Below, piece after piece: positions 1 through 9,559 of a DNA stretch of 64,000 bases. This DNA is from a virus (Duplodnaviria; Caudoviricetes): the IMG/VR virus record IMGVR_UViG_3300027805_000006. One strand, written 5' to 3'. Numbering within the stretch: position 1 is the first letter of the stretch; each line of letters opens with the position of its first letter. A program made the position numbers and the translations under genes. Under the pieces are notes generated by a model, which searched no databases, was not told where the DNA came from, and was given only the letters and a program-made list of their open reading frames with translations.

Positions 1-19
1 AAGTGATAAATTTAATACT

Positions 20-430
20 TTACAGAATTCTATTCGCCCGAACCATAACCTTTATGGCTTCTATGGTTTTTCTTCCATCAAATTCTTCTAGGTCAATTTC
101 ATGAGATGACAAGAAATACAAAAGTGCTTGAATATTTGCCCACAATTCATTAAGAATATTTACTTCTATGTTCAGTCTTGACATTGATGCTTTTTCACCA
201 GCCTTCCAACGAGAGATGTGCTCAGCCAATTGAGAACACAGCGTAGCAATATTTTCACTCGTAATATCTAACTCGCGTCGTTTAAATGCGGTCGAGTGAC
301 TACTATCAGTGTATCTCTGGACCCAAAACTCCGTGCAGTTAAAAAGGAAATCAAGTTGCTGCATCAAGTCTAAAAATACTGCTTCGGCATTTAGAATAAT
401 TTCTTCTCTTAGCCCCTGATTATCAGACAT
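20..430 (-). CDS. hypothetical protein
   Basis: 136-aa ORF with CTAAATA late-type motif upstream (455-461). Confidence 0.6.
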   Translation of the reverse strand: MSDNQGLREEIILNAEAVFLDLMQQLDFLFNCTEFWVQRYTDSSHSTAFKRRELDITSENIATLCSQLAEHISRWKAGEKASMSRLNIEVNILNELWANIQALLYFLSSHEIDLEEFDGRKTIEAIKVMVRANRIL

Positions 431-527
431 TTTGCCCTTTCAGAAGTGACTGTTTATTTAGTTAAAACACGCTGACTTCTCAGCCATCAAACATAAATAG
501 AAAGGATTACTTTACCGTGGAAAACCT

Positions 528-761
528 ATGAAACTTCACGATTTTATCGCTAAACAAGAAACACAAAAAGCCGAAAGACTACACTCTCTCGGTAAGGCTA
601 TCTCTCAATATGAGATTGCTCCAGTAGAAGAAGCAAAGGCACCTACTGCCCCGTCGGAAGACCTAAATGGCGACGGACATATTGATGGAATGGACGCTGC
701 AATTATGATACTTACACAGGGGAATAAGGCAGCCCACAAAAAGATTAGACATCACGATTGA
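528..761 (+). CDS. small acidic protein with EF-hand/dockerin-like loop
   Basis: DLNGDGHIDGMD fits DxNxDGxIDxxD; CATAAATA at 492-499. Confidence 0.65.
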   Translation: MKLHDFIAKQETQKAERLHSLGKAISQYEIAPVEEAKAPTAPSEDLNGDGHIDGMDAAIMILTQGNKAAHKKIRHHD

Positions 762-772
762 GAGACATAGTA

Positions 773-3334
773 ATGAAAAAATTAAATGTTGCTTCACTCA
801 ATCTCCAGGGAAAAATTCAAACCCTAGAGCACATCTTTGACAATATGCACGCCAAATCTGCCGGTCTCGGACAGGCAGGTTTTATGCTTGGCGGAGATAC
901 TGGTGTTGGCAAGACCTCGTTCATTCGTGACCTTGCCGCTCTTTTAGGTCTAAAACTAATCATGATTGAAACTCCTCATATTGTTGAGGAGCACATTATT
1001 GATATTCCATTCATTGTAGTAAATCCAAATGGAACATCTAAAACAGAACAAATGGTTGTTGATACTAAAGCAAGTCAGCAACAATTTGACATAAAGTTTG
1101 CAAAGTCAAACTTGCACACAGCACTAGTTGCTGCAAAGAAAGAAGCAGATGCTGCTCTTCTGTCTAATATTACGAAGAGAGCAGATTTAGCAATGATTTG
1201 GGAAAAGATAGGTGGGTCACCTAAAAAAATTCCAAGTGAAATTGCAGACCTACGCGCAAAGTATGATGTCATTTTATTCCTAGACGAATATTTCCGCCAA
1301 ACATCAACAACAATCCGCAACATGCTGCGTTCCATTCTAAATGGTAGAATTGGTGCAAATGAAATTGCCGACAACGTCTATATCATTTTTGCGTCAAACC
1401 TAGTTGACCAAGGCGTTGGTGATATTCTTGAGAATGAAGATTTCCGGCTTCTTAACTTTGACAAGCCAAGTGTTGATGATTGGTTTGCATACATGCTATC
1501 AAAGTACAAGGATAACAAGAAGGTAAAACTTGATGAAGACCTTGTTAGTGAAATGTATGAACTCCTAAAGGATAAGAAGGCCCTCTCACACGATGACCAG
1601 GAAGCGGATGTCAGAGTTTCTCCGCGTCGTTGGGAACAGTTGATGGTGTATATCAGCGCTGCTTTACCTGAGGCTGCTACAGATCAGAAGAAAGCAGACC
1701 TGCTGTTAAAGAACGTCGAGATAAACTTTAAGAACTACCAGACTGGAGAGAATGCTGCTCTGGCAAAAGATGTAATTGAGGTAGTTAAGAAGATTATCGA
1801 GAAGCAATCTGGAAAGAAAATAAAAGCAAGTGCTGAGAACGTTGATGATAGCGATTGGAGAGAGACACTTAAGCACCAAGTCGAAATGAAGATGAAGATT
1901 GGTGAAAATAGAAAGTACATTCCTGTTATTGGTGGTATGCCAGGCGCTGGAAAAACTAAGCACATTTCAACTCTTGCCCTTGAACTTAATCTTGTTCCAG
2001 TATTTGTCGATGTCCAAAACCTTTCTGCTGAAGAAGTTATTGGAACTCCTCTAGCAAAGACAGGTGATAAGGAAGAAATTGAAGTTACCTTCTCACGTCC
2101 TCCACTATACGACAATATCTTACAGCAAATTGCAAAGGGCGAAAATAACCTACCAGCAGCAATGGAACGCGCCTTCGGTAAAGAAGAAGGTGTAAATAGA
2201 ATGGCGCTGCACAAGAAGCAGGACGTAAAGACGCTCATCTTCTTTGACGAATTGAACCGTACAAATACCAAAGTATTCAATGCAATTCGTAAGGTGCTGC
2301 TTGAGAAGGAATTTAACGAAGAATACAAACTGCCAGAGAATTCAGTTGTTGTTGCGGCAATCAACCCAACTGGAAAGGGAACACAAGAACTAACAAAGCA
2401 TGTTCGCGATGTGTTTGATGTTATTCCAGTTGGCATTAGTTGGCAAAAGTTTAACGCGCATCTAGATAGCATTGATCTTAAGGTTGACACAGAGATAGCC
2501 TCAATTGCTCGAGACGCACTAAAGGCTTTTGTTGATAACTTTAGGGTGAAGAGTGCAAATAAGATTCAAGGTGCAGATCCACACTTCTATCTTCAGGTAG
2601 GACCAACCCCTCTGTATATGTCAGCACGTGAGTATACTGATGCTCTAGTGAATGCAGCATTTGCAACACAGCGGGCGTATAATAAGGAAATGGATCTTTT
2701 AGCAGACCCCGAGCACGATGCAGGTGAAAGTGAATTGCGTATAAGGGAAGCAATTGCACGGTCATTCAAGCATTCAGTTGAGTATGTTGTGAATATTAAG
2801 CACGCGGTTGAGGCACCTGAATTTGCGAAGGATCTTGAAGAATGGTTCCTCTACACAGATAAGTTTAGCCTCGGCGCAATCTTCAAGAAAAAGGTCGAGT
2901 CCGTAAAATCACTTGAATCACTGCTTTCAAAGTCATTTGAGACGATGGATGATGACTTGTTCAATGACCTTGAATTCGTTAACTACATCACATCGGTTGA
3001 TCCTGTTGTGTTCAAGGAAGACCTTGCAGAATTCCTTGCTAAATATGTAGTAAACGATGCTAAGACTGCATTTGATAAAACTCACAAACTCAAGAAGTTG
3101 GATGCAAAGAAGAAGATGACACAAGTAATGGACCAAGAAATTAGTAAGATTGAGTTCATCACACGCGAAATTCTTCATGCAATCAAACTTCATGACATCT
3201 CAAACAAGATGGTGGAGATGGTAAAGGAAGCAGTGCGCGAAATGCTTGAGAAGGTAGCAGATGAAAATATCGATGCTATCGAAGACATCATGGACTTCGC
3301 CCACGAAATCACCGCGTTTATCAAGAAACTGTGA
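773..3334 (+). CDS. tandem-domain MoxR/dynein-like AAA+ ATPase
   Basis: Two Walker A (GDTGVGKT, GMPGAGKT) and two Walker B (LFLDEYFR, IFFDELNR) motifs; ATG at 773 preferred over TTG at 758. Confidence 0.85.
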   Translation: MKKLNVASLNLQGKIQTLEHIFDNMHAKSAGLGQAGFMLGGDTGVGKTSFIRDLAALLGLKLIMIETPHIVEEHIIDIPFIVVNPNGTSKTEQMVVDTKASQQQFDIKFAKSNLHTALVAAKKEADAALLSNITKRADLAMIWEKIGGSPKKIPSEIADLRAKYDVILFLDEYFRQTSTTIRNMLRSILNGRIGANEIADNVYIIFASNLVDQGVGDILENEDFRLLNFDKPSVDDWFAYMLSKYKDNKKVKLDEDLVSEMYELLKDKKALSHDDQEADVRVSPRRWEQLMVYISAALPEAATDQKKADLLLKNVEINFKNYQTGENAALAKDVIEVVKKIIEKQSGKKIKASAENVDDSDWRETLKHQVEMKMKIGENRKYIPVIGGMPGAGKTKHISTLALELNLVPVFVDVQNLSAEEVIGTPLAKTGDKEEIEVTFSRPPLYDNILQQIAKGENNLPAAMERAFGKEEGVNRMALHKKQDVKTLIFFDELNRTNTKVFNAIRKVLLEKEFNEEYKLPENSVVVAAINPTGKGTQELTKHVRDVFDVIPVGISWQKFNAHLDSIDLKVDTEIASIARDALKAFVDNFRVKSANKIQGADPHFYLQVGPTPLYMSAREYTDALVNAAFATQRAYNKEMDLLADPEHDAGESELRIREAIARSFKHSVEYVVNIKHAVEAPEFAKDLEEWFLYTDKFSLGAIFKKKVESVKSLESLLSKSFETMDDDLFNDLEFVNYITSVDPVVFKEDLAEFLAKYVVNDAKTAFDKTHKLKKLDAKKKMTQVMDQEISKIEFITREILHAIKLHDISNKMVEMVKEAVREMLEKVADENIDAIEDIMDFAHEITAFIKKL

Positions 3335-3341
3335 TAAAAAT

Positions 3342-5270
3342 ATGCTGATAGATGAAAGCAACCAGAAAAAGGCGGTAGGCACGGTATCGCCTACCTCTGA
3401 ATTAAATGACCCACACGTTCAGCGACTTATAAAATATCTTGCTACCAGCATGAAGAAAACGGTGTCAGATATTGAGGACCACCTCAATGACAAGGTAAAT
3501 CAAATGCAGGACCTTGAGAAGAAGGCGCCTATTCTCTATCACTCAATGGTCAAAAATGCAATTGAAGCAGAACTTAATAAGTTATTTGAGGAGGCTCCTA
3601 AGCCCACTAAGGCGCCCGAGTTTGACCCAATTACCTTTTCTGCTCTCGTGCGCAGAGTGAAGGCTGAGAACCCATCTATCTTCCCACTCAGAAACTTCGT
3701 CGACAGAAAGCCAATCGCTTCTCCACGAATTGTTTTGGTTCCATCTAAGGACCCAGCCGATAAGCACTTCAATGATATAGCAACTGCCGCTGCAACCCCA
3801 TCGGGTGAATTCATTTTCTGTGTTCCATTTATGCAGCAACTTTTGAACTTTGCACACATCAAGGGCGTGGTGCCAAAGAGCAAGAAGTACAAGAACAATG
3901 GTGGAGACTTTGACCCAGAGTGGAGCGTTGTAGAGTTCCTAATCCTTCACGAATTTTTCCACTATACACATGCCGACTTTCACTATCAAAAAATTCTAAA
4001 GGCTGACCCAACTATCATCAACTGGGTAGGCGACTTTAGATCAAATTACGATCTCATAAAGGCGGGTCACGAGCCTATCCCAATGGGTCTGTACAATGAC
4101 CTCATCAACTACGACAGACAAAAGACATACAAGGAAATGTATGACCTAGTTAAGTCAGAGTTTGAGAAACTTTCTCCTAAGGACAAGAAGCGTGTTCAAC
4201 AGGCGATGGATGAACTTGGTGACCAGCACCAAGAAGGAGATGGGCAAGGTAGTTCTGGTAGCCAAGAGGGTGAAGGAAAACAAAGTAAGAAAGGCAAAGG
4301 CAGTAGTGAAGAAGAAGGAGAGGGAGAAGGAGAGGGAGAAGGAGAGGGAGAAGGAGAGGGAGAGGGAGAGGGAGAAGGAGAAGATAAAGGCGCTGGTGGA
4401 AAAGAAGTTCCTTCAGAGGAGGAACTGGAAGAACACTCAAAGCGCGTGAGTGAAAAATCAAAGTCTCGCCAAGACGGTGCAGAATCAAAACCGCAAGGAG
4501 ACTCTGGAAAGCAGTCATCAAGTGGGCGTGGTGGTAGAGGCGCTGGCAGCCCAACATCTCCTACAGCAGTTGATTATGCATCTATTAGACCCCGCTACGA
4601 CTGGAAAACTCTTCTAGCACGTCTGGTTAAAGGCGCAGATTCGGCAGAAATAACCTATCAAAAAGTCCATCGTCGAAACATAACAAGCATTCACGTTGCA
4701 ACTCAAACGGGTGCGGGTGTAATTAGACCTGGTGAAAAAGAAGTTCCATCGCACCTTATTAAACTTTGTATTGTAGTTGATAGTTCAGGCTCAATGTCAA
4801 ATAGTATTTCTACTGTATTATCAAACGTTCAAAAACTTCTTACCGATGGAGCATCAGGTATAGCAAGAACTTTTGCTTTTATTGAATTCTCATCAACGCA
4901 TAAGATGTATTCTTGCACAATGACAGGAAAAACAGGAACTGCTCGCGAAATACAGAAGGCTGCTGATATGAAGAATGTCGGTGGTGGTGCAGCGCCAGAA
5001 ACAATTTCAGCAATTCTAGGAAGACATCAAGGCGGTGCAACTAATTTTTCAGCAGACCTTGTATCCCAACTATCAGATTTTGCAAATCAAAACTACAATA
5101 TTCTTATTCTAACAGACACCGATATTGTTGGCGCTGGAAATAAAGAAGCATTTCTTGAACTTTACGGTAAGTATCATTCAAAGGTTTATTTAATTCTTGA
5201 TAGTAAGCAATCTTTTACTGAAGTTGCCCGCTCGCTCAAGTCCGCATCTGGCAACATTAGCCATCTGTAA
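3342..5270 (+). CDS. HExxH metallopeptidase-like plus VWA domain protein
   Basis: HEFFH motif, acidic Gly/Glu linker, MIDAS DSSGSMS; ATG at 3342 follows the ATPase stop. Confidence 0.8.
   Translation: MLIDESNQKKAVGTVSPTSELNDPHVQRLIKYLATSMKKTVSDIEDHLNDKVNQMQDLEKKAPILYHSMVKNAIEAELNKLFEEAPKPTKAPEFDPITFSALVRRVKAENPSIFPLRNFVDRKPIASPRIVLVPSKDPADKHFNDIATAAATPSGEFIFCVPFMQQLLNFAHIKGVVPKSKKYKNNGGDFDPEWSVVEFLILHEFFHYTHADFHYQKILKADPTIINWVGDFRSNYDLIKAGHEPIPMGLYNDLINYDRQKTYKEMYDLVKSEFEKLSPKDKKRVQQAMDELGDQHQEGDGQGSSGSQEGEGKQSKKGKGSSEEEGEGEGEGEGEGEGEGEGEGEGEDKGAGGKEVPSEEELEEHSKRVSEKSKSRQDGAESKPQGDSGKQSSSGRGGRGAGSPTSPTAVDYASIRPRYDWKTLLARLVKGADSAEITYQKVHRRNITSIHVATQTGAGVIRPGEKEVPSHLIKLCIVVDSSGSMSNSISTVLSNVQKLLTDGASGIARTFAFIEFSSTHKMYSCTMTGKTGTAREIQKAADMKNVGGGAAPETISAILGRHQGGATNFSADLVSQLSDFANQNYNILILTDTDIVGAGNKEAFLELYGKYHSKVYLILDSKQSFTEVARSLKSASGNISHL
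4308..4384 (+). repeat. purine-only (GAAGGAGAGGGA)n tract encoding (EG)n linker
   Basis: 77 consecutive A/G bases. Confidence 0.9.
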
Positions 5271-5277
5271 ATGAAAA

Positions 5278-5928
5278 ATGAAAAACGATATTAAGCCGCC
5301 ACTAGTTATTTTACTTTTAAAAAAATTGTTAAGCGCCGGCAAAAATGTTTATTTTGCGCAATATCATACTGGCAAAGTTCCAGGAATGAATCTAGAGAAA
5401 ATTAAAAATGTCACTTTTGAGTTTGATCCAACATATGAATCCGACGATCTTATAGAGGGAGAAATATCAATAAGCACACAATATGACGATAAGTATAAAA
5501 CGCAAAAATACAGACAGTTTCTATTGTCCACAAGTCAAGATATACAAAAGTTTGACAGTGAATATACCCTAAAAAATAGTGATGGTGATTGGTGGTTTGT
5601 TAAAAAACACAATATCAATGAAGAACATATTAGTAGTTCCACTGACTTTCCATTATGGGCAACAATCATAGAGAACGGCTTAAAGCGCGGCGTAATATTT
5701 TATACACAATCTAAAATGCCAATTAGCGCAATTTTAAAAAATACAGTAGATGTAAAATCAAAAACCTCTTCAACATTAAAGAAAATAATTATTTCATCAC
5801 AACTAGGAATGCGCTTTGAGGATGTAATTTTGGAGCCTGCTTTTGAAGATTATACTCTTAAGAAATATAAAGATGGGTTTATGCTAATTGATATACACTT
5901 TGTACCAAAAGATATAGATAATAATTAA
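5278..5928 (+). CDS. hypothetical protein with tandem internal repeat
   Basis: Two halves begin PPLVILLLKKLL/FPLWATIIENGL and end YTLKNSDG/YTLKKYKDG; AT-rich. Confidence 0.65.
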   Translation: MKNDIKPPLVILLLKKLLSAGKNVYFAQYHTGKVPGMNLEKIKNVTFEFDPTYESDDLIEGEISISTQYDDKYKTQKYRQFLLSTSQDIQKFDSEYTLKNSDGDWWFVKKHNINEEHISSSTDFPLWATIIENGLKRGVIFYTQSKMPISAILKNTVDVKSKTSSTLKKIIISSQLGMRFEDVILEPAFEDYTLKKYKDGFMLIDIHFVPKDIDNN

Positions 5929-5951
5929 TCAACTGCTAAAGATGAAATCAA

Positions 5952-5981
5952 AAAGGGGACCTTAGGTCCCCTTTCTCTTTT
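5952..5981. terminator. bidirectional intrinsic terminator
   Basis: AAAGGGGACC-TTA-GGTCCCCTTT with T/A tracts on both sides, between convergent genes. Confidence 0.85.
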
Positions 5982-5993
5982 GCAAAAATGTTA

Positions 5994-6959
5994 TTAGGCA
6001 GCCAGCATTGCGTACAGCGCAAGACGCTTCCAGTGATCAGGCTTGGTAGCACGTGCCTTGGTCACGTTGATGAGCGTGCGCAGATTGATGGACTTGACCT
6101 CAGGGCGATTAGAATTCTCAGAGATGAAGGCAAGGGCTTCCATCTTGTGAGACATTTGGTACTCGTTGAGGAACTCGCCTTCCTTCACGATTGCTTGCAT
6201 ACGCTCGATGATCTCAGGGCGGGTCATAGAAACATCGGCAGGCAGAGAGCGGGAGATCAAAGCCTGAGGGATCTTGAACATCGGCATATTGCTGATAAAC
6301 ACCACGCCACCGTTGAAGATGAAGGAACGCGGCAGATCATCGTCACCACCCAGGCTCTCTGCATTCCAGGTGATCACACGCTTGTCGTAACTGTCAAGGG
6401 CAGCCTTCAGCAGGTTGGCGGCGACGGGATCCTTCAGAACGCTATCGCAGTCGTCGAAGATCACAATCTTGTTGCGGTTCTCATACAGCGTGCGGTAGAG
6501 ACCCTTGGCTGTAGAGAAACCCTTAACAACCACGTATGCCTTGCGGCTCAGACCTTCGTCAAAACGAGCACCGATTTCAGCATCGTCGATGTTGAACAAA
6601 CCAGCCTTAGCCAGCGCCTTCATCACCGTGTGCGACTTGCCGAGACCGCCTTCACCCGTCACAATCGCGGAAGGGATGGTGCGGGTAGCAACCATATCCA
6701 CGAAATCTTCCAGGATCTGGAAACGCTCGTTGATGTTGAAAACCAGGGCAGGGTCGGTGGGCTTGGCAGCAACCGAGCGGGTCTCGCCGATTTCTTCAAC
6801 ACCAGTAACACCCATTGCCTTCGCCTTGGCACTGATTTGGTTCACGATCTTGTCGACCACGTAGTCCTTAGACGTAGACTTCAGAAAAACGTGACCGCCG
6901 TAGGAGGCTTCCCACTTGCCGGTCTTTTCATTCTTCTGGAGGAGAGCAGTCTTTGCCAT
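5994..6959 (-). CDS. AAA-family P-loop ATPase (early gene)
   Basis: Walker A GEGGLGKS, Walker B IVIFDDCD, VFISN; GC-rich codons. Confidence 0.8.
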   Translation of the reverse strand: MAKTALLQKNEKTGKWEASYGGHVFLKSTSKDYVVDKIVNQISAKAKAMGVTGVEEIGETRSVAAKPTDPALVFNINERFQILEDFVDMVATRTIPSAIVTGEGGLGKSHTVMKALAKAGLFNIDDAEIGARFDEGLSRKAYVVVKGFSTAKGLYRTLYENRNKIVIFDDCDSVLKDPVAANLLKAALDSYDKRVITWNAESLGGDDDLPRSFIFNGGVVFISNMPMFKIPQALISRSLPADVSMTRPEIIERMQAIVKEGEFLNEYQMSHKMEALAFISENSNRPEVKSINLRTLINVTKARATKPDHWKRLALYAMLAA

Positions 6960-6992
6960 TTGGAGATACCCTGTTTGTTAATCGATAGGTGT

Positions 6993-7074
6993 ATTGTACA
7001 CCAACTGGGTATCTTGTACACATCTTTATTGTAACAAACTGGCAAATTGTAACAGTGTATCATTTTTGATACAC
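6993..7074 (-). promoter_or_regulatory. early promoter GTGTAC-N17-TACAAT with two GTTAC boxes and TGTATCA-N4-TGATACA palindrome
   Basis: -35 at 7016-7021, -10 at 6993-6998, palindrome 7055-7074; same layout at 27764-27846. Confidence 0.75.
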
Positions 7075-7143
7075 CTTTGGGATGCTGCCCGACAACCTCG
7101 GATCATCAGAGGAACCCAGAAAAAGTGTCAAAAATGATACACT

Positions 7144-7335
7144 TTACAGGTTTTGGGCGATTTTTTCAACTAAAGAACTTACAGCCTCAATTCCATCTCC
7201 TGAAATATCGTACTCGCTGAATGAACAGATTACTTCTCCATCCATCCAAACCTCAAGAATATCAGGGTCATTCTCAGAAATCTCTGCGAATAGCCGTTGT
7301 TCGGGGTCTTTCATTTTCTTCCTCTTTCTGTTCAA
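7144..7335 (-). CDS. hypothetical protein
   Basis: 63-aa ORF in gene series; start uncertain. Confidence 0.5.
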   Translation of the reverse strand: MNRKRKKMKDPEQRLFAEISENDPDILEVWMDGEVICSFSEYDISGDGIEAVSSLVEKIAQNL

Positions 7336-7507
7336 TCACAAACTGCTGATAATCTTTTCTCAGCGTAAGGTCATCTTCAATGATTGTTGGTAGTGGTGAA
7401 ACGGGTATCTTATCTAGTCTATACCAGCCATCTCTTAGACGGACGAGTTGATAACGTGAGAAGCGGCGATACCACCTAAACCTGTAAAGTGCGCGCAGTA
7501 GAAACAC
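7274..7507 (-). CDS. hypothetical protein
   Basis: 77-aa ORF with GGAG upstream. Confidence 0.5.
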   Translation of the reverse strand: MFLLRALYRFRWYRRFSRYQLVRLRDGWYRLDKIPVSPLPTIIEDDLTLRKDYQQFVIEQKEEENERPRTTAIRRDF

Positions 7508-7568
7508 GTTATTCTCACCAAATATTTTATAACATCTGTTTCTATGTATAGAAAAATGGGATATCTAT

Positions 7569-8009
7569 TCAATAATCTTCTTCGTCATCATCATAATTGT
7601 TATCTTCACTGTCAGCATCAGTATCAATCTTGACGTTTCCAAAAATAATTTTTCCGTTCTTGTAGTAGCAAAAAACAGGGCCAGTGAATTCAACTAGATT
7701 TGTTCCCATCATATTGCTAATTCCATTTCCGAACGGGATAATGCCTATCAGCCCAGCATCAACGCCATAATTCCTTCCTTCCTCATCCTGATATGAGCCA
7801 TCTCCCCAAGCCGTGGAAAATGCAACAACATAGCAATCATGCCCGATTTCTGTTTTGAACTTTGCCCAACACTGACCATCAAAACAATCGCTTTCGTCTA
7901 GAACGTGGTCCCATTCTTCATCGGGAACTGTATAGCATGGATCACCAATAATATACTTCCCTGGTGGAAGCATAATTGATTTTTCACCCCTAATGAAATT
8001 AATTTCCAC
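7569..8009 (-). CDS. conserved phage hypothetical protein
   Basis: GKYIIGDPCY and GVDAGLIG motifs; GGAG RBS. Confidence 0.7.
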   Translation of the reverse strand: MEINFIRGEKSIMLPPGKYIIGDPCYTVPDEEWDHVLDESDCFDGQCWAKFKTEIGHDCYVVAFSTAWGDGSYQDEEGRNYGVDAGLIGIIPFGNGISNMMGTNLVEFTGPVFCYYKNGKIIFGNVKIDTDADSEDNNYDDDEEDY

Positions 8010-8043
8010 TGCTTTTCTCCAAATGAAGGTAAAAGATAATACT

Positions 8044-8073
8044 ATTTTACCACTGTTTTGGTAGTTTGTAAAC
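8044..8073 (-). promoter_or_regulatory. T4-like early promoter GTTTAC-N18-TAAAAT
   Basis: Direct reading of the minus strand. Confidence 0.65.
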
Positions 8074-8095
8074 TACTTTTTGGAAAAAATTTAGG

Positions 8096-9118
8096 TTAAA
8101 GGTCTAGAAGATTAGCAAGTTCCTTAGACTTATTTGACAGCGTGTTCTTGGTTTCATCAGCCTTCTTTTTGGCAATATCTGTCTGAGCCTTGTCAAACTT
8201 TGTTGCTACTGCTCCAGCGCTGGCTTTTTCAAGATATACAGTCTTTATTGCTGCAACAACATCCTTTGCCGTCTTGAATGCTGCAAGGTGACCTTTACCA
8301 AGAACATTGCTCTTCTCAAGAGAAAGAGCAATTCCCTTCACAACGTCTGCAAGATCAGCGAAGCGCACCTCCTGCTTTCTCATTCCAGGTCTCTTTTGGA
8401 GTAGCGGGTGTGCAACGAATTTTTCAGCACCGAGGTGCTTTGTTGTCCATTCGGCAATGTGATGACCGAAATTCTCAAAGTCCTTGCTAATCGTAACAAC
8501 TTCATCTGGCTTCAGCGTCTTGAACTTTACAAGTTGTCCAGCCTTCTTCTTCGCTTGAACGCCAAGTTGATTGATGGAAAGGTGGAGAACGTCAGCGAGG
8601 GAAGAATACAGATAACCTATAAGGGCACCCTTCAATTTGTACTCAGGAGTTGTTCTGTACTGCGCCCATTCTGCGGAGTCTGAAAAGGTCTTGATAAGAT
8701 CCACCTGAACATATTGACCATCTCCAATCTTGAAGATAACTTCCTTACCAGCAGGATCTTTCGGTCTGTAGATAAAATCTAAGTCCTGCGTCTTGATGAA
8801 CTCAGCAACTGCTTTTTGGTACGCAGAAGAAACCTTACTTTCAGACTTATTCTCTACCTGAGGTAATACCATTAGAACATCTGCATCGCCATACTCGTGT
8901 TCGGGTCTCTCAACTTCATCTTTATCAACGTAGGCTGTTGATCCAACTGGAATTGAAATAGAAACAGGCTCAAGATCTTGCTTCTTGAGGAAGACGTTTA
9001 GCGCTTTTTCAAATTTTGGAAGAAGAGCAAGTGCCTTCTTAACATTTTTCGGCGTAAGAGAAACTGTCTGCGTTATAGCATCTGACCAACCGCCCTCGAA
9101 CAACTCCTGAATCTTCAT
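8096..9118 (-). CDS. nucleotidyltransferase (Pol-beta superfamily)-like protein
   Basis: VGST...GDADV and QVDL motifs; GTAAATA at 9141-9147. Confidence 0.65.
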   Translation of the reverse strand: MKIQELFEGGWSDAITQTVSLTPKNVKKALALLPKFEKALNVFLKKQDLEPVSISIPVGSTAYVDKDEVERPEHEYGDADVLMVLPQVENKSESKVSSAYQKAVAEFIKTQDLDFIYRPKDPAGKEVIFKIGDGQYVQVDLIKTFSDSAEWAQYRTTPEYKLKGALIGYLYSSLADVLHLSINQLGVQAKKKAGQLVKFKTLKPDEVVTISKDFENFGHHIAEWTTKHLGAEKFVAHPLLQKRPGMRKQEVRFADLADVVKGIALSLEKSNVLGKGHLAAFKTAKDVVAAIKTVYLEKASAGAVATKFDKAQTDIAKKKADETKNTLSNKSKELANLLDL

Positions 9119-9151
9119 ACCACCTCCATTTGCATGGAGATATTTACTGGT

Positions 9152-9544
9152 TTAGAAGCATTCCTTTAGTTCATCAAACGCAATTTCTGCCTCAACTCCC
9201 TTAACTGGGCGGGGAAAGTCAATGTAGCCGGGCAAGTACTCACCGCGCTCCCTTAAAACCTGCCTAAGGTTGTCGATGATGTCCTTAGACTCCTTCAAAG
9301 GAAGCCCGTAGTGCAGTCGAACCTTCTTGATCGCATCGATCTGTTGTTGCTGGATAATCATTTCCTTAATTTGCAGGCTTAGTGCCTCAGGCGTTTCGCT
9401 TACCTGAGCCTTAACTAGGCGAATGTAGATTTCAGGGTACTCAGCGACGAGCGTGGATGCAAGGCGCACGTAGTTGATTTCGTACTCCATCGAAAGAGCG
9501 ATCGCCTTCTTGATCAGCGAAGGATCAACAGGAGGATTTTGCAT
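9152..9544 (-). CDS. protein with ribosomal bL12 (L7/L12) C-terminal-like motif
   Basis: QIDAIKKVRLHYGLPLKESKDIID matches the bL12 CTD pattern K..(V/A)IK.VR..TGLGLKEAK..V. Confidence 0.6.
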   Translation of the reverse strand: MQNPPVDPSLIKKAIALSMEYEINYVRLASTLVAEYPEIYIRLVKAQVSETPEALSLQIKEMIIQQQQIDAIKKVRLHYGLPLKESKDIIDNLRQVLRERGEYLPGYIDFPRPVKGVEAEIAFDELKECF

Positions 9545-9559
9545 AACAGTGTGAGTTGA

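Noticed and set aside
1735-2490. 251-aa minus-strand ORF, and similar shadows at 29737..30312 and 40358..40981
   Set aside because: Fully antisense to well-supported genes, with no RBS or recognisable motifs.
5988-7034. 348-aa plus-strand ORF
   Set aside because: Antisense shadow of the AAA ATPase; GC-rich codon bias explains the lack of stops.
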